Shown: positions 62,813-64,000 of the stretch, piece after piece
Numbering within the stretch: the stretch's first letter is position 1
How the letters are laid out: every line of letters begins with the position of its first letter
Assembly (NCBI GenBank): GCA_963924565.1
Contig: OZ004607.1
Coordinates: 29,946,001 to 30,010,000, forward strand
Direction: 5' to 3'
Source: Ascidiella aspersa
Lineage: Eukaryota
Length of the DNA stretch: 64,000 bases
Made by a program: the position numbers and the translations under genes
Notes under the pieces: model-generated
Told to the model about the DNA's origin: nothing
Databases searched by the model: none
The model's input: only the letters and a program-made list of their open reading frames with translations

Positions 62813-63655
62813 TGTCCAGTTTTGCAAAAGCACTTGAAAACTTTGATTGTGTTTTGTTAATATAAACCAGAAAAAAGCCAAAGAAATGAAACTGGTGTCC
62901 AGCAAGCTTTCAACTCTGGAACTGATCGTTTTCAAATTCGCAAACACGAATAACGCAATTTTGGCGCCGCGCGGCTTAAATCCCGACAGTCTCGATTGAT
63001 GTCGGTTTATTTTATTTGACAAAACCAAAAAAATCTGGCTTGCCCGCCAAGCCACTCGCGTGACGGCAGAGTGCATTGATGCGAAACTTTTAAACGAAGT
63101 TCACCCCTTATGTTCGCTAATTACTTCCCGAAACCGACGATCTCCGCAAAGTTACAACGCGGCAAAAAACAGGGTCGTCAAAGTTTCCGCTGGATTGCCC
63201 GCAATAACCGCACTTGTTGGTGTGCTGCATTTTTACTGCTGGCGCCAAACAAACGCACCAACGCGGATGTTGCTGCCTTGATCCGAAAATGTAACATTCG
63301 CAAAATATTAGTCGTTACTTTTATTGTTTGGAAAAACAAAAACAAATGAGTTTATAACTCTCGTGTTAACCATTACCTTATTTTGCAAAATATAATAGTT
63401 TTTGAGCGACTAAAATAAAATAATAATATATTTTTCTACAAAATAAGTATTTAAAGTGATTTCCACGTTTTTTGTTTAATTGTAATTGTTAAATAACGGT
63501 TTAATTGACACAATTCCATAAAAAGCAACAGTTTTATTTTTTTTTAGTTTTTATTTTATTATAAATGCTTCAAAAATAATTATCGAATGGAAATCAAATT
63601 AAACTATAAAAGGTGGTGCCCGCACTAGAAAGATGTTGGCAAGCTCAAAAGTAAG

Positions 63656-63742
63656 CTAAAAAAATGGGACTAAACACCCCATCCGATATCGGCTTCGTTG
63701 CCTATTTAGGACTTGTGCAGTTTTGTAAACCGAACGCATGAC
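63656..63742 (-). other. Possible exon of a minus-strand transcript entering from the right edge
   Basis: Donor-like G|GTAAGT at 64000-63994 and acceptor TATTTTCAG ending at 63743; phase and coding status undetermined. Confidence 0.3.
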
Positions 63743-64000
63743 CTGAAAATACACAGGCGCACAAACAAGTTTCAAATGTAGTGTTTTGTCAAGCTGGAGT
63801 GCACTTAAGGGAATCCAGAGAATCGAACTTTGACTTTGGGTTGATTTTCTCGAGCTCAAATGAGACCAAAGGTGTACGCCTTAAACTTGGCCGTGGTGCA
63901 CTTGTGTTGTCCCGCCCTAACAGAAAACCCTTCAAAGGCGGCTCGTTTCGACCATGATTTTTTGCCTACTAAAATAACACCACGGTACTGTGAACTTACC

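Noticed and set aside
63700-63742. GHAFGL reading as a metzincin zinc motif
   Set aside because: Depends on an unknown phase, lacks the third histidine and stops within a few codons.

Overview
AT-rich eukaryotic (metazoan) genomic DNA with compact spliced genes and many small DNA-transposon remnants; the style suggests an invertebrate such as a tunicate, but that is inference only. Left to right: (1) five SLC22-family transporter copies whose coding regions are intronless as far as visible (one partial on minus at the left edge, two pseudogenes, two intact genes of 543 and 551 aa); (2) a three-coding-exon COX6A gene; (3) a tail-to-tail pair of seven-exon proline-racemase-family (L3HYPDH-like) genes, one broken and one intact (331 aa); (4) a tail-to-tail pair of AQP8-like aquaporins (302 and 295 aa). 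All exon chains were assembled by hand from splice sites, phase continuity and paralog agreement. The strongest signals: the intact racemase-family enzyme has a Cys/Cys catalytic pair but rewritten active-site motifs (MCGE, NRGFCGSG); both aquaporins have NPI instead of the first NPA and a remodelled ar/R filter; and minimal hammerhead-ribozyme cores occur in Penelope-like remnants. The co-location of a neofunctionalised epimerase-like enzyme with expanded transporters and atypical channels may be a small-molecule handling cluster, which is a hypothesis.
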